Assembly: GCF_964188315.1 (NCBI RefSeq)
Contig: NC_135656.1
Location: forward strand, 39,680,001 to 39,743,360
Direction: 5' to 3'
Source of the DNA: Podarcis muralis
Taxonomy: Eukaryota
Length of the DNA: 63,360 nucleotides
How positions within the stretch are numbered: the first letter of the stretch is position 1; each line of letters opens with the position of its first letter. Below, one piece after another: positions 1 through 13,095 of the stretch. The notes under the pieces are model-generated. The model had not been told where the DNA came from, did no database searches, and saw only the letters and a program-made list of their open reading frames with translations. Both the position numbers and the translations under genes were made by a program.

Positions 1-60
1 GCGCCGCAACCCCAGAGTCGGTCACGACTGGACCTAATGGTCAGGGGTCCCTTTACCTTT
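1..60 (+). mobile_element. Sauria SINE 3' end (cut by window edge)
   Basis: Nearly identical to the 3' end of the copy at 26568-26925, ending in an (ACCTTT)-type tail. Confidence 0.9.
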
Positions 61-312
61 TTATATTGGAAACACTACATGCATCAGACAAAACAAAAAT
101 AGAAACTTGATTCCTTAAAGGCTTTTTCTCTTGCTGCCTTTTCTTAATTATACTGTACATTCACTATGCGAGGTTTCCACATAACTGTGTCCTGAATATT
201 TATGCTTTTATCCTGCAAGTGTTATGCAAATCTTTGGTTCTAGGTTTCCAATTGGAGGGTGTAGGTGCACAAATGTTGTTATAAATGCAACTCTCTCACT
301 CCCCCCCTCTCT

Positions 313-317
<5 letters not shown>

Positions 318-353
<36 letters not shown>

Positions 354-357
354 TGTG
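318..357. repeat. (TG)n microsatellite preceded by short (CT)n
   Basis: Direct reading. Confidence 0.95.
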
Positions 358-1565
358 TATGAGAGAGGGAGAGAGAACAGCCTAAAGTCTGCATACTCGA
401 GCTACAATGTGTGGTGTTCAGTTCACATATGTTTGAGGTGCACAGGAAATTGAAATATACAAAAGTTCAAACTCCTGCAATGCTACTTCTCATAACCAAT
501 TCCCCTATCACACTAAATTCCCATAAAGCACATGCCAGTTGCCTCTCTTGCCTTCTCTGGAGGTAGGCGAGCATTTCTAATATAGTGTTTTCCTTTCCTC
601 TGTGCCACAAAGTGGTAATATATTTGTTGATGACAAAACCAACAGGTGCCAGGGCTGTTGGGTACTGACGCTATTTGGCTCAATGCCTACAGTCGCACAG
701 TGGATATATTGTATGTCTGTAGGTTTTTGTGTCGTTCTATGTCCTTTTGAGGGATGGGATAACCCAGTTGAAATACATACTTAAACTCCTGAGGGATTAG
801 ATGTGTTTCCTTTGCTTTACAGTTAAGAATTTTACAGTTTCTTTGTTTGCAGGTTCTCAGATTGCTTAATGATTCCTCGCCACCCCACCCCCCTTTTTGC
901 CCAGGTGTGTATAATAGCTGTATTTGAACCTTTCTAGGTTTGCCAGTTTTATTACTCAACATATGGTATATCCCTTTATTTCTGTCTGCTATGTCATTCC
1001 TTTGCTTTAGAGGCCCTGTTATATTCTGGGAGTTTTGCTTTAACAATTGGATTTCTAGAATCTGACGTGATTCAAGCTGGGAAAGACAGAGATTTGTTTT
1101 AGGAATCAAGATACGTTAATGAAGGTTATTTACAGGTCGTTGTCTTTTTTCCTCCCACCTTCATGATGATTGTAATATGGCTTCCCTAGTTGTGAAGATA
1201 AGAACCTTTTGGCTTCTGCTACAATTTTCATAAATGTGACTTACGGTACATTCATATGGCCATTATTGATGCAATGGCAATCTCCTGTAGCATGCCTAAG
1301 TCACTGCTCTCTGTGGGAGTCAGCCTGCTCTCAACATCAGCTGTGGCTATTACCACTTCAATACCTGTGTTGAATTTGGGGCTTACGTCACAGGCAGTTC
1401 CCCTGACACAAGGCATCTTCTTGACCCGGCCTGTCAATCATGAATTTCTAAGGCTATGCAGTCTTCTTCCTTGAAGCTTTATTCAGCAACAGTTGATGGC
1501 TTTGGAACTTCATTACATAATACCAGCTGTAGGCACCAGGGAAGCAGCTCCTACTGTTATAGCCT

Positions 1566-1657
<92 letters not shown>
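1566..1657. repeat. Compound (TAG)n(TAA)n microsatellite
   Basis: Direct reading. Confidence 0.95.
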
Positions 1658-1660
<3 letters not shown>

Positions 1661-1771
1661 TCTAGCAATCAACTGAACTCGGAACTCAGGGCATGTTTCC
1701 AGCTAGTAAACACTATAGCCTCCAATGGATAACAGTGTTTCAACTATGCTAGTCATCACCATTACCTCAAT

Positions 1772-1772
<1 letters not shown>

Positions 1773-1827
<55 letters not shown>

Positions 1828-1828
1828 T
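1773..1828. repeat. (ATTT)n microsatellite
   Basis: Direct reading. Confidence 0.95.
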
Positions 1829-2129
1829 TATCTCTCCCTCCCTCCCACCCAAAGGAACTCAGGGTGGCAAACACTTCTTTGTCAAAAATTTAAAAACCTG
1901 TTTAAAACGTTTGAAAGCATTTTAATGCAATCAAGCACAATAAAACATCCGTAACAGATTTAAGAACACATGTTAATCATGTGGCTGGATAGACCCACTG
2001 AAACAGGAAGATTTTCAGCATTAGAGTCAAGTGGCAAGAAGTTCTAAAGTACAGGTGCTGTCACACTAAAGGAATGACTTCTTACAAATGTGGAATAGAC
2101 ATTGAGTGGCCGTTGTAGAAGTGCAAGTT

Positions 2130-2460
2130 ATGCAGATTGGCGTGAGTGAGTTAGGATGTATGGAGTCAGGCAATCTCTTAAGTAAACTGATTGCATGGTG
2201 GTGAGCACCTGAAATACCGTTAATAACATCTGGATCTCAGTGCAGTAATGACCTTGCTGGCAGTGCAAATATTTGAGCACAAATGCTGACACTCCTGTCA
2301 GCAATTGTGCTGCAGCATTTTGCATTAACTGTGGTTTCCAAACCAATCACAAAGGAGTTCCCACGTAGAGTACTTTGCCATTGTCCTGTCTTGAAGTTAC
2401 CAGTGCCTGAACCACTAGTCAGGCAGCCCCGGTCCAGGAACCGTCACTGTTGTCTTACTA
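2130..2460 (-). mobile_element. Decayed L2-clade LINE fragment (RT C-terminal region)
   Basis: Minus-strand translation contains QLMQNAAAQLLTG and resembles the LQQVQNATARLLTG segment of the LINE at 10128-11895. Confidence 0.7.
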
Positions 2461-4644
2461 GCTGAAGCCTGTGAAAAACACTCTTAGCCACCAAGACTAA
2501 TGTTTTCTTTGGACTTAACATTTTCTGCTTGCCAGTTTACTGTCTGATTTGAATTTTCATCTTTGAGAGTCAACATTGTGTCTGTCTGTCTTACAGAGAT
2601 ACCATCTTTCAGATGGCTCAATATTAAGGTATACCCTCATCTTGAACGAACACTTAATCTTGCTCTCTCTGTGTGTGTCTTGGTTACTTCATCTGTGAAA
2701 TTGGAATAATTAACCCCCCACAAGTGTACTCAGAATTAATGTTGGTAATGTTTGCGTGTAGTTTTGAAATAAGAATAATTGTTAATAGGTCTCTATGTCT
2801 ATCTTTACTGATTTAAAGAATAAGGCATTTAACTCTTACACACTGGGGAACATGAAACTGTTTTTGCTGTTACAATTAGACTTGAGCACTTAACACATAT
2901 GTGTCCTCCCTTAAAATCTATCCTTCCTCACTGACCCATTTTAACATATCAATAAATATGTCTCTGAGTGAATTCACTCTATTCCTATGATTGCTAAGTA
3001 GAAAAGCATTTTTATATAATTACAAGCCTAATATTCCTCTTAAACACACCAACATTACCTATCCAGGGAGTTCTGAATGACTGTCTGTCTTCCTGAATTT
3101 AGCACTGAAATGTGAAAACCTTCATTTGCTAGCCTTAATAACATTAAACTTTTTTTTTGTTGGCTCATTTTATCAGGAACTTAATATATCTGCATTAGAG
3201 GCAGAAAGGTCTGTATGGAATGCTAGGTACTGTGCACTGTTTATTGCACTTCCTTGTTCCATTTGGGATTTTGGGGATTTCTGGTCCTTTGTCACCCTAG
3301 CTGAGAAGTAAACTGAAACCTTATGTACTAATTCAAACCAATGGCTTGATGTCACCTTCCTTAAGTACTTTGACTTGAACTCTGAGTTGCCCCCAGGGAC
3401 TCTGATCCAATGGAGGCTCTCAGTGGCAGAAACAGGAGGTGATTTCTGCCTATTTTCCTTTTCCCCTGCATCCCCCAATCTTCCAGAGCAGATTTCCAGA
3501 GGCACAGAGAGCTACATCCCCTCTCTTCCTGCCCTCACCTTCACCAGCAGGAGTACCTTGTGGGTGAAGCTGACACCAAAGTCCACTTAGCACATACCAT
3601 GTATTGCAGCCCATCAGCTCTTTGCCTGTCACCAGAGTGGTTAGTGGTGTGAACAGGTATCTACCTCTCAGATAAACACCATTTAAGAAAGGTTGTGCCT
3701 CTCCTTATCAGCACGGTTGGCTTAGGTGACCATGTAGAACATTTTCAAGCCTTGAAAATGCAAAAGTATTTCCCACAAAGGAAGTATCCTGTGTTTTCTT
3801 TATAAAGACCGGAAATCCTGTTATAGGCTGAGATCCAAATAAGTACTTAAAGAGCCTGGGAGTGTCCACTGGGAGGTCAGTGGGAGATCTTCACTTTAGC
3901 ACTAGCTGCTTTTGGAACATCCCCTTCCAAAGTGTTTTGCTACGTGATATGGCAAGCATTCTGTTGATATCCAGAATGGGTATTCTGCCAAGAAACAAAA
4001 GTCAAAAGTCCCTTGGACATGCAGAACTAGTTTCCCCTTGCTTTTAAAATCATGTTTTGTTTTTCAGTTAACACAGGGAGAGGACTTTGTGTATGTGCGG
4101 AGGTTAACTTTCTGCATCTTCCCTATAATATCATAAGGACATATGAGAGTTTATTCTTTCATCTATATTTCCATGTACAGTGTTCGCTGAATTTGATGTT
4201 ATCTGCTTGAGTAGGCAATTAAATTCTGATTGGATTCCTTAATATTTTTCATAGATAGAAGAGCAGTCAGTTGCGGTGTCAGATATCTGTGCCAGGGTAC
4301 CTCTCTGCCAGCTTTTATAAGCTTAGATGAATTGTCAACAACTTGTCTGCAAATAAGTACAACTGTTCCTCTGTCAAGAGGGTATGAGCAAAGCATCTGG
4401 AAATGTGGTAATTTAGAAAGAGCTACTAGTTTAAAAAAGCAAATCGGGAAAAACAGATCTGAAGAATAAGGCACCCAGCTTCAGCATTTTTAAAGTAAAT
4501 ATACAGTTTATATGAATTATGTATGAAGCATGCATGCATGTCTCTAAAACAAAGTCTGTATTCACTCTTACACTTTTTAGAGTTGAATATCCACCTCCCC
4601 CATATTCTCTCTTTTCATTTCAATCCTGAAACAAGATTCTAGGC

Positions 4645-4901
4645 CAGGGGTCGGCAAGATTTACTTCGCCTGGGCCAGTTCACTCCAGCAGAGATCCCTC
4701 CGTGTGCTGGATTGTGCACGTGTGAGCACGCGTGCCTGCGATTTCTGGCATCTGTGTCTGTGCAGATGCAATTTCTGGTGTCTGCATCTGCACAGATGCG
4801 ATTTCTGGCGCCACAGAAGCGAGTCGCTGCGCCGGTTTAGCACCGGGTGTGGGGACTCGCCAAGTGGGTGGCTCGTGGGCCAGTTAAACAGCCTACCCCT
4901 G
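4645..4901. mobile_element. hAT-type MITE, 257 bp
   Basis: Termini CAGGGGTCGGCAA...GCCTACCCCTG with an 8-bp target-site duplication (TSD) TTCTAGGC at 4637-4644 and 4902-4909. Internal ~30-bp repeats. Confidence 0.88.
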
Positions 4902-5915
4902 TTCTAGGCTTACTCAGTGGTGCAGGAAGTGATGTGCACCTATGTTTTCAGATTCCACATAGAAGAGTGGGGTGTATGTTTGAAGGGTTTCCATGTGAAT
5001 AGTGGCTCTCTCTTTTGAAGTATAAGTTACTCACACACCAATGTTTTCAAGCAAAGCATCATCCTCCAGATGTGAAACCTGAAGTATGAGAGTCATACAG
5101 TGTCAGTTCTTGCACATTTGAGTATGTGAATTACCTCCTCCGGACATTTCAGCCATTTTCACCCCCCTACCCCGAAGTTAAAAAAAAAAGTGGGGTTTAC
5201 AGGAGCAGCTACTTTCCAAAACGATTTACCAAATGGAACAGTCTTGTTATAGTAGTGAAAGCTGGCATAATATGATATAAATTCCATTTCAGTTGAAATA
5301 TATTTCGACTTGGAAAATCTGTGAAGTTTGGGGACAGATTGTAAAAACACCCCCACCTTCTATTTGTTGCTAAACATGAAACATATGCATTTGTACCTTC
5401 TTACTTTTTTTTCCAGACAAACTAGATTTCTGTTGGGGCTGTTTGTTTTTAAGCAATATTCATTTCCTCCCCACTCGTCTTTGTTTAGTGCTTTTTAATT
5501 GTCAAAGTAGATTTCTTTCTTCAAAAGCTTTGAAATAAAAGTTCTGGGATTTTTCAGATGATAAAAAAAAAAATTCTGGACAACTTCCCAGAAGAAAATT
5601 CCACTAATTGAAGCACACTGTTCTTTTACAATTAATATTTATAAGTGTATGCAGCATGTAAAGCAGCTTTGTAAAGTGTGTTACAAGAGTTTTAAAAATT
5701 AAGAATAAGTTAATTTAAAAACTACATTGGGTTATAGAAATGGGCTTAGTGGCTGCTCCTTGTGAAGATTAATTATGAGTGGTGGGAGCAGAGAAAGAGT
5801 TTACTTTTATTCCATAACTTTCTCTGCTCTTTTTAAAATCACGTTTGTTGGTTGTGTACTATTAAGGAGGCAGGACTGAGTTACTTGTGGCTGTCAGGCA
5901 GGTTATGCCATATCT

Positions 5916-5918
<3 letters not shown>

Positions 5919-5988
<70 letters not shown>
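5919..5988. repeat. (GT)17-GGCAT-(AC)15 inverted compound microsatellite
   Basis: Direct reading. Confidence 0.95.
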
Positions 5989-5990
<2 letters not shown>

Positions 5991-7719
5991 GGGTTGTACC
6001 CAGTGTTAGTCCTCCTCAGAGTAGACTCATTTAAATTAATACTAAATGTGCATTTAGATGAGAATTCATCAGAAATGACTGCAGCCATGGCAGTAGACTG
6101 GTTTGCTTCAGTTAAGAATATCACAAACAAAATGTCCCTTGCAGCTGCTTGCTATGCTACATTGTTGTTGTTGTTGTTGTTGTTGTTATTATTTATTATC
6201 CACCCTTTACCCTAAGATTCCAGGGCAAATTGCAACAGTTAGTTTTAAAACTCAATGTTACAATATGAAAAAAGAGTTTTAAACAACTTGAAACAACATT
6301 TTCCCCATTTCCTATGATCTCATCCATTGAAAGCTATATATAACATACAGTGAGTGTTTTGTGTTCGAGCTGCCCATTCCATATACTTGAAAAAAATAAA
6401 TTATTGCAGCTCACTTCACACATAATGTAAATACTTTTCCCTAACCAGAATTTATCCTCCTGTAAGAAAAACACTCATATATTAAAGTTATTGAAAAGTT
6501 CAATTATGCATCAATAAGTGACAGAAGTTTTAACAGATAGGTCGGACAGGGTGAGGTAGAGGTAAGCCAAACAAGGTTGTAGAGAAAACTTAAAGCAGAG
6601 ACCACTGACACAGCTCGCTACTTGTGAGTAACAAACTTCTAAACTCCTGGAAGAAGAAATTTGAAATCTGAAACTATCTTAAATCCAGGAACCTGCATTT
6701 TTGCTCAGTCACTCTAAGCCATGGTTTTACTTAGTGCTACTTGTGAACTGGATCATTATGTTACATCAGGTCTTCATGTCACACTGGAATCAATAGGGAA
6801 ATTGCTGATATTCCCCATACTTTTTTTCTTCAGGAGGTGACACTGGAAAACATGACGACAATTTGTCAGTCTGATGCTTCTTTTTCTTATTCATCTAAGC
6901 TGTCCTTTAATGAAAATACCTTTTCTTATTTTCCTGCTTTCCAGAAGCAATCGATTTTAAGAATTTTTTAAGGCTTTTAAAAGAGTCTGTCTTTCATTGT
7001 ATTTATATAGAGGGAGTTGTGCCAGAGATAGTTATCCTAAGTGGTTTCTAAGATGAAGTTAATAGTTTGTGATATCTTTTGTTTAGGAAAGTGGATCTGG
7101 TGGTATTTATTTGTCAATCTTTCCTTTACCTTTTCTGTAAGATTGATGGGTACCTTATCTTGCCCTTTTATCTTTGTGTTTGGGGGATTTCAGCAATGCT
7201 GGAATTACAAACACATCTTGGCAGCTTTCAGATCCCCAGCAACAGGTTTGTATGCATGTGTTAACAAATGAGTCTCTCTGAAGTTGTCAGCTTGCATTTC
7301 TGACATAATGAAGATGAGAGAAAAGTGAGACCTATTTTGTTTAGTTCAGTTATCTTCATAATGACTTGGAGCAGTACAATTTACCTACTAGCTAACTTGA
7401 ACAAGGGAGATTTTACACCGACTCCATTAAATCTATAGTATAGGAACTATGAAATAAAACAGAAAGCTTCTCCATTTTTTTTCTTTCAAGTATTGATTCA
7501 TTGGCACCAATTTTATGTCTCTACCACTGGTCAGAGTTGCAAAGGCATTGGATGGTTGCATCTCCCACACCTTTCAGGAAGATCACCACAAGAGAAACAC
7601 GAGGCATGTGCTATAGAAGGAGCAGCTGCAAGGAAATGTGAAAAAGACCATTGCTCTTATCAGTTGCCCTGGGATTGAAGTAAAGTAGACCCACAATTTA
7701 TGTTTAACTTGTGCACATT

Positions 7720-7720
7720 C

Positions 7721-7772
<52 letters not shown>
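7720..7772. repeat. (GATA)n microsatellite
   Basis: Direct reading. Confidence 0.95.
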
Positions 7773-7774
<2 letters not shown>

Positions 7775-10127
7775 ATGGGAGCAGGTGTGTGGGGGAAAAT
7801 ACTTTGGTGATCTTACCCCCCATTGCATTATATGCACTATATGCAATTTTGGCTTTATGCACTAACCCCAGAACATAACCCCCATGTAAGTTGCAGGTCT
7901 ACTGTTTTGTGTGGAAAAACTGTAGCCCCTGTCATTGGCCATAGGAAGAAGAGCCACTTATGTCCAAGCAAGGGGTGGAAACAGCTTGGTGTACTATTAT
8001 ATAAATGCCTGTTTACAATCCAGCATTATGTTCTAGCATTGCAAAACTAATTTCCCTACTCTGCCTCTTCCTTCTTCTCTCCTCTTGTGCTTCTTGATTT
8101 TTTTAGCTTATAAGCCTAATGGTATCCTAAAAGAAGTGAGCCAAATGTGGCATTAATCATAGGCTTTCTTTCAGAATTTAATAGGAAAGGGAGTGTGCAG
8201 AAATTCTACATACATTCAGTAGTAGTCTGTACAAAATAACCTTCCTAAATCATGGAAATGTTTCCTATGTTCATCTGTGTGAAGATCATTGAATCAAATT
8301 TAGTAGCAAGCACACAACAACTTTTGCTTTCATTCACTTCTGATGTCTGTGTTTCAAAGAGAAGGGTCTGATACGTTTTCTGCAAAGATTTCAAGTTAAT
8401 TAAAATTTTCTGTTGGTTCCCTTTAAAGTGAAGATGAGATGCTGCTTTTAAGTTTACTCCTTGGAGAGTTTTAAAAAGGAGGATGATTAAGATGCCATGG
8501 ATGATGGTGTCAGCTTTCAAGCATTGTAGTGTCTTAGATTATAAGAAACTAAACATCTTGGCTCTTGAGAAGCACAGATGCCTGATGAAGAGAATGTGAA
8601 AACGTTTAGATCTTGCTTCATGGTAGAAATGGGGGAAACCCCACTGAAAAATGCACATCATACTTTTTCAAAAGCCATCTGAATGGCTTTTGAAATGGAG
8701 GAAGGTAGTTAAAATAATATCATCCATTAAACTATGGATTGCAGATGATAGTTTCCTCAAGTTCCCATATGTTAAAAATGTGATTTGAGACCCTCCTAAT
8801 GATATCAGCTATTAAATATTTTAAAGGGAAAGGGCCTACAGTCTGCTTTTATTATTATTTTTAAAAGGTAGGGATTGTTGTAAATCAAATTTATTTTTCC
8901 TGCTATGTTCTGCCTTGGAACTGTTGGACCATATTTCCGCTCTGTGCTTGCTTTGAGGTGCACTAAATATTAATAAATGCCAGTGTCACTTTACACCTTG
9001 GTTTATGTTTCAGGCTTTTTATTGGTTGAATTATAGTAATCTCTAAGGGAGTATGTAGCTTTTCATTGCCTGGTTTTCCAACAGTTAACATGTTGCTTAA
9101 CAGATAAAATGGCTGCATTAATGTTCAGTAATTTAAATAGAAAAATTATATGGAAAAAAACCCTATTGTACAACATACGTTAATAGAAAGAAATCATTTT
9201 CAGTCAACCCTTCATTTCAGCCAGAGCAAGTTCATTGTCAAATTTCAGCATGTAAAAAGTATACAAGCTTTTCTACATATGTAAATTGCCTGCTGTTATT
9301 TTGGCATGCTCAGGCATGTGCAACTATAATATTCTTTAATTATCAGCTTAGCCTATGTCAGTCTATTCCATCTGAAATCTGAAATTGTTCTGTTAATAAT
9401 ACAGTTAACATAAAATATAAAAGTAGCAGAAAGTATCAACTCGGTGTGGATGCAATGAGAATACATTTGCATATTAATACAGTCGAGTAGTTTGTACTGA
9501 TTGGTATTGAGGTTTCTAACTTCATGAGGAAATGAGCTGTGGTGATTTAATGTTCTCCATATTTTAATGACACCAAACTGATAGGAAGCTGGATGAACAA
9601 TTATGGACAAGATCCTGAAGTAGAATATGTGGAAAAAGTAATTTTAGAGTGCAGTCCTGTTCATGTCTTCTCAGTAATAAGCCCCATTATTGTGTTCTTT
9701 GGGACTTACCCTCAGGCAAATGTTTATAGGATTGCAGCTTAAATCCACTTACCTTTTGAAAATAAAGTACTAATCTGACACTGGGGACATGTTTGACAAA
9801 TTAAACTAAAAAAATATGAAAATTTATTCGGCATTATTGTGTTATGGTGCAGGGACTTAACTATATAGAGATGGTATCTGATAGTACTTTTGTGGGATAT
9901 CTCTGACTTTCAATACGTGCTTTGTGCAGTTTTCCTCCCACAAAAGTTTTTGGAAGTTTGAACAAAAAACACACGCTTTGCTGGACTAAATATTCAGTCA
10001 AAAGGGCAATTAAAAATAAGAAGGCGGTATCATAGGGAAGTAATTTGCTTTTTTAAAAAACCAGCAGAGCCACTCTCTGATCAAGAGCTCAGCAGTCTCT
10101 TTTCCACTGCAGCTCACCCCTCAGAGT

Positions 10128-11895
10128 TCATTGGGAAAGATCCAATCCGGCTTCCGCGCTGGTCATGGGACCGAGATGGCTCTGGTCACCCTAACAGATG
10201 ATCTCTGCAGGCAGCTGGATCGAGGCAGGTCGGGGCTGCTGACTCTTCTAGACCTGTCAGCAGCCTTCGACATGGTCGATCACGAACTCCTGGACCGATG
10301 TGGGGATCCAGGGCACAGTCCGTCAATGGCTGCGCTCGTTTCTCTCTGGTCAGGGACAGAGGGTGGCGCTTGGGGGGGGGGGAACTGTCATCAGGCCACT
10401 CCTTGGTGTGTGGAGTGCCTCAGGGTGTGATACTCTCCCCAATGCTTTTCAACATCTTTATGCGCCCCCTCGCCCAGCTTTTCCGGAGTTTTGGGTTGGG
10501 CTGCCATCAGTATGCTGATGACACCCGACTCTATCTGTTGATGGGTGGCCATCCTGACTCAGCCCCAGACACACTGATCAGATGTTTGGAAGCTGTGGCT
10601 GGATGGTTATGTGGGAGCCGGTTGAAGTTAAATCCTTCGAAGACAGAGGTCCTTTGGCTGGGTTGGGATGATATGGGATTGGGGGTGCAACTCCCATCTG
10701 TTGCGGGGGCACAATTAGTGCCAGCACCGTCCGTTAAGAGTTTGGGTGTAATCTTCGACACCTCCCTTTCCATGGAGGTGCAGATTGCATCTATAACAAA
10801 GGCGGCATTTTTTCATCTTCGCCAAGCTAAGCAGTTGGCTCCTTACCACTCTTGCCCTGACCTAGCCACTGTGATCCACGCAACAGTCACCTCCAGACTG
10901 GATTATTGTAACTCGCTGTACATGGAGCTGCCCTTGAGACTGACCCAGAAACTCCAGCAGGTGCAGAATGCCACGGCGAGACTCCTTACGGGGTCCTCGC
11001 TGTGAGATCACATTCACCCAGTGCTATACCAGCTGCACTGGCTCCTGGTGGAGTACAGGATCAGGTTTAAGGTGCTGGTTTTAACCTTTAAAGCCCGTTA
11101 TTGCCTAGGACCCTTGTACCTACGGGACCACCTCTCCTGGTATGTCCCACAGAGGAACTTACAGTCTTCAAACAAAAACATCTTGGAGGACCCAGGCCAC
11201 AGAGAGGTTAGGCTGGTCTCAACCAGGTAAAAAGGTAAAGGTACCCCTGCCCGTACGGGCCAGTCTTGACAGACTCTAGGGTTGTGCGCTCATTTCACTC
11301 TATAGGCCGGGAGCCAGCGCTGTCCACAGACACTTCCGGGTCACGTGGCCAGTGTGACAAGCTGCATCTGGCGAGCCAGCGCAGCACACGGAACGCCGTT
11401 TACCTTCCCGCTATAAAGCGGTCCCTATTTATCTACTTGCACTTAAGGGTGCTTTCGAACTGCTAGGTTGGCAGGCGCTGGGACCGAGCGACGGGAGCGC
11501 ACCCCGCCACGGGGATTCGAACCGCCGACCTTTCGATCGGCAAGTCCTAGGCGCTGAGGCTTTAACCCACAGCGCCACCCGCGTCCCTGTGGTCTCAACC
11601 AGAGCCAGGGCTTTTTCGGCTGTGGCTCCGATCTGGTGGAACGCTCTGTCACAAGAGACTAGGGCCCTGCGGGACTTGACATCTTTCCTCAGGGCCTGCA
11701 AGGCAGAGCTGTTCCACCAGGCCTGACTCCCTCCTTTTGGCAATCTTCACAGAACTCTAGCCCAATGGTTGCCATTAATTTGATTTGAATTAATTTTATA
11801 ATGAAATTATTTTAGAATGTTGTATTATTTTATTGTTGTTAGCCGCCCTGAGCCCGGCTTCGGCTGGGGAGGGCAGGATATAAATAATAATAAAA
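10128..11895 (+). mobile_element. 5'-truncated L2-clade LINE (frameshifted reverse transcriptase plus 3' UTR), interrupted by a Sauria SINE
   Basis: Consecutive ORF pieces give QSGFRAGHGTEMAL, LLDLSAAFDMVDH, GVPQGVILSPMLFNIFM, YADDT, LKLNPSKTE and SRLDYCNSLY. 3' tail is gccgccctgag...ggatataaataataataaaa. Confidence 0.92.
11227..11589 (-). mobile_element. Full-length Sauria SINE nested in the L2 element
   Basis: tRNA-like head on the minus strand (gggacgcgggtggcgctgtgggttaaa...ggttcgaatcc), ACCTTT tail, and a 13-bp TSD TGGTCTCAACCAG at 11214-11226 and 11590-11602. Confidence 0.93.
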
Positions 11896-12330
11896 AGAAA
11901 AAAGAAGAGGGGATGAATTCTCTTTTGCTAACCTACATGACTAGGTTTCATCCACTAGTGTGAACAGGAGATACCAAGATGTAAATGCCCCAAACCCACT
12001 TTTTCCCTGATAGTTTAGAAAGTCAGCTGATGTGTAGAGAGTCATTCCTCTTACAACTTATAGCAGGAGGTCAATAAGCAATTTGCTTGGAATCACCCGA
12101 CACACCTTCCCACCCTCTGTTTTTACCCTTAATTAAATAAGTTTTCGCAAACAAGGCAAAGTATTTTGCCCCCATTCTTCTAAAATTATTTTTGTCTAAG
12201 TGTGTTTCACAATAGCATTAGGAGAGGCATGAATCCCCACATTACACGTTTCCCTTGTGGAGATTTAGAACTAATTAGAATTTTCTGTTGATCCTCTTTA
12301 AAGCGAAGATAGGACTTGTATCATGAACTA

Positions 12331-12434
12331 CCGTATTTTTCCGTTTATAAGACACCCCCATGTATAAGACGCCCCCTAATTTTTGACATTATTTTTTAGG
12401 GGGGGAGCCTAGTCTTATACACGGAAAAATATGG
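12331..12434. mobile_element. Tc1/mariner (Tc2/Kanga-like) MITE, 104 bp
   Basis: TA TSD and ~23-bp terminal inverted repeats (TIRs) CCGTATTTTTCCGTTTATAAGAC versus CCATATTTTTCCGTGTATAAGAC. Confidence 0.85.
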
Positions 12435-12589
12435 TACTTTAAAGTTTGTATGTAGAGACTGCCATTTTCTGTGAGCCGCTTTTACCCAGCGGTTCAACTG
12501 CAGCAAAAAATGCCATGGTGCTGAAAGGCACTCACAGAAGTAATTAGCATGACTGACTGTTGCTTCATGGTATCATGCTTCATGATATC

Positions 12590-12913
12590 ATGGGCTGTCC
12601 CCAGAGTTCGCTAGATGACATCGCGGGAGACCGCTGCCTCAAGAGAGCGAAGAAAATTCTTAGGGACAATTCACACCCTGGCCAGCACCTCTTTAATCTC
12701 TTACATCCAGGCAGGAGATACAGAAGTATACTCAGCCACACCAACAGGTTAAAGAACAGTTTTTATCCGTGGGCTGTTGGAAAAAAATAGTGGTGCAATT
12801 GACTTCCGACAAGAACACAGAATGCGAACAAGACTGAGTGTATGGGGGGAGGGCTCGTTTAATTTCACTGCACACAGGTGGTGTAGTAACAAAGTATTAT
12901 TATTATTATTATT
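12590..12913 (+). mobile_element. Rex1/Babar-like LINE 3' fragment
   Basis: Translation SHPGQHLFNLLHPGRRYRSILSHTNRLKNSFYPWAV resembles the Rex1-type ORF C-terminus as I recall it. Ends in a (TAT)n tail. Confidence 0.75.
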
Positions 12914-13009
12914 TCAGGAAGAAGAATGAGGGTGGGACCCCCAGTATTGAAGGGGCAGCACATTTTATAATCTCTTGTGTTGATTAGATTAAGCTGCATT
13001 TCATATGTC

Positions 13010-13038
13010 TGTCTATCATCTATCTATATCTATCTATC

Positions 13039-13087
<49 letters not shown>

Positions 13088-13095
13088 CCTATCAT
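13010..13095. repeat. (TCTA)n microsatellite, imperfect
   Basis: Direct reading. Confidence 0.95.

Noticed and set aside
1252-1474. Hydrophobic 72-aa ORF
   Set aside because: No recognisable family, no convincing splice context, and the length is expected by chance.
265-7846. Low-complexity ORFs (CVCV, HTHT, poly-S/N/V/I, IYLS)
   Set aside because: They are translations of microsatellites.
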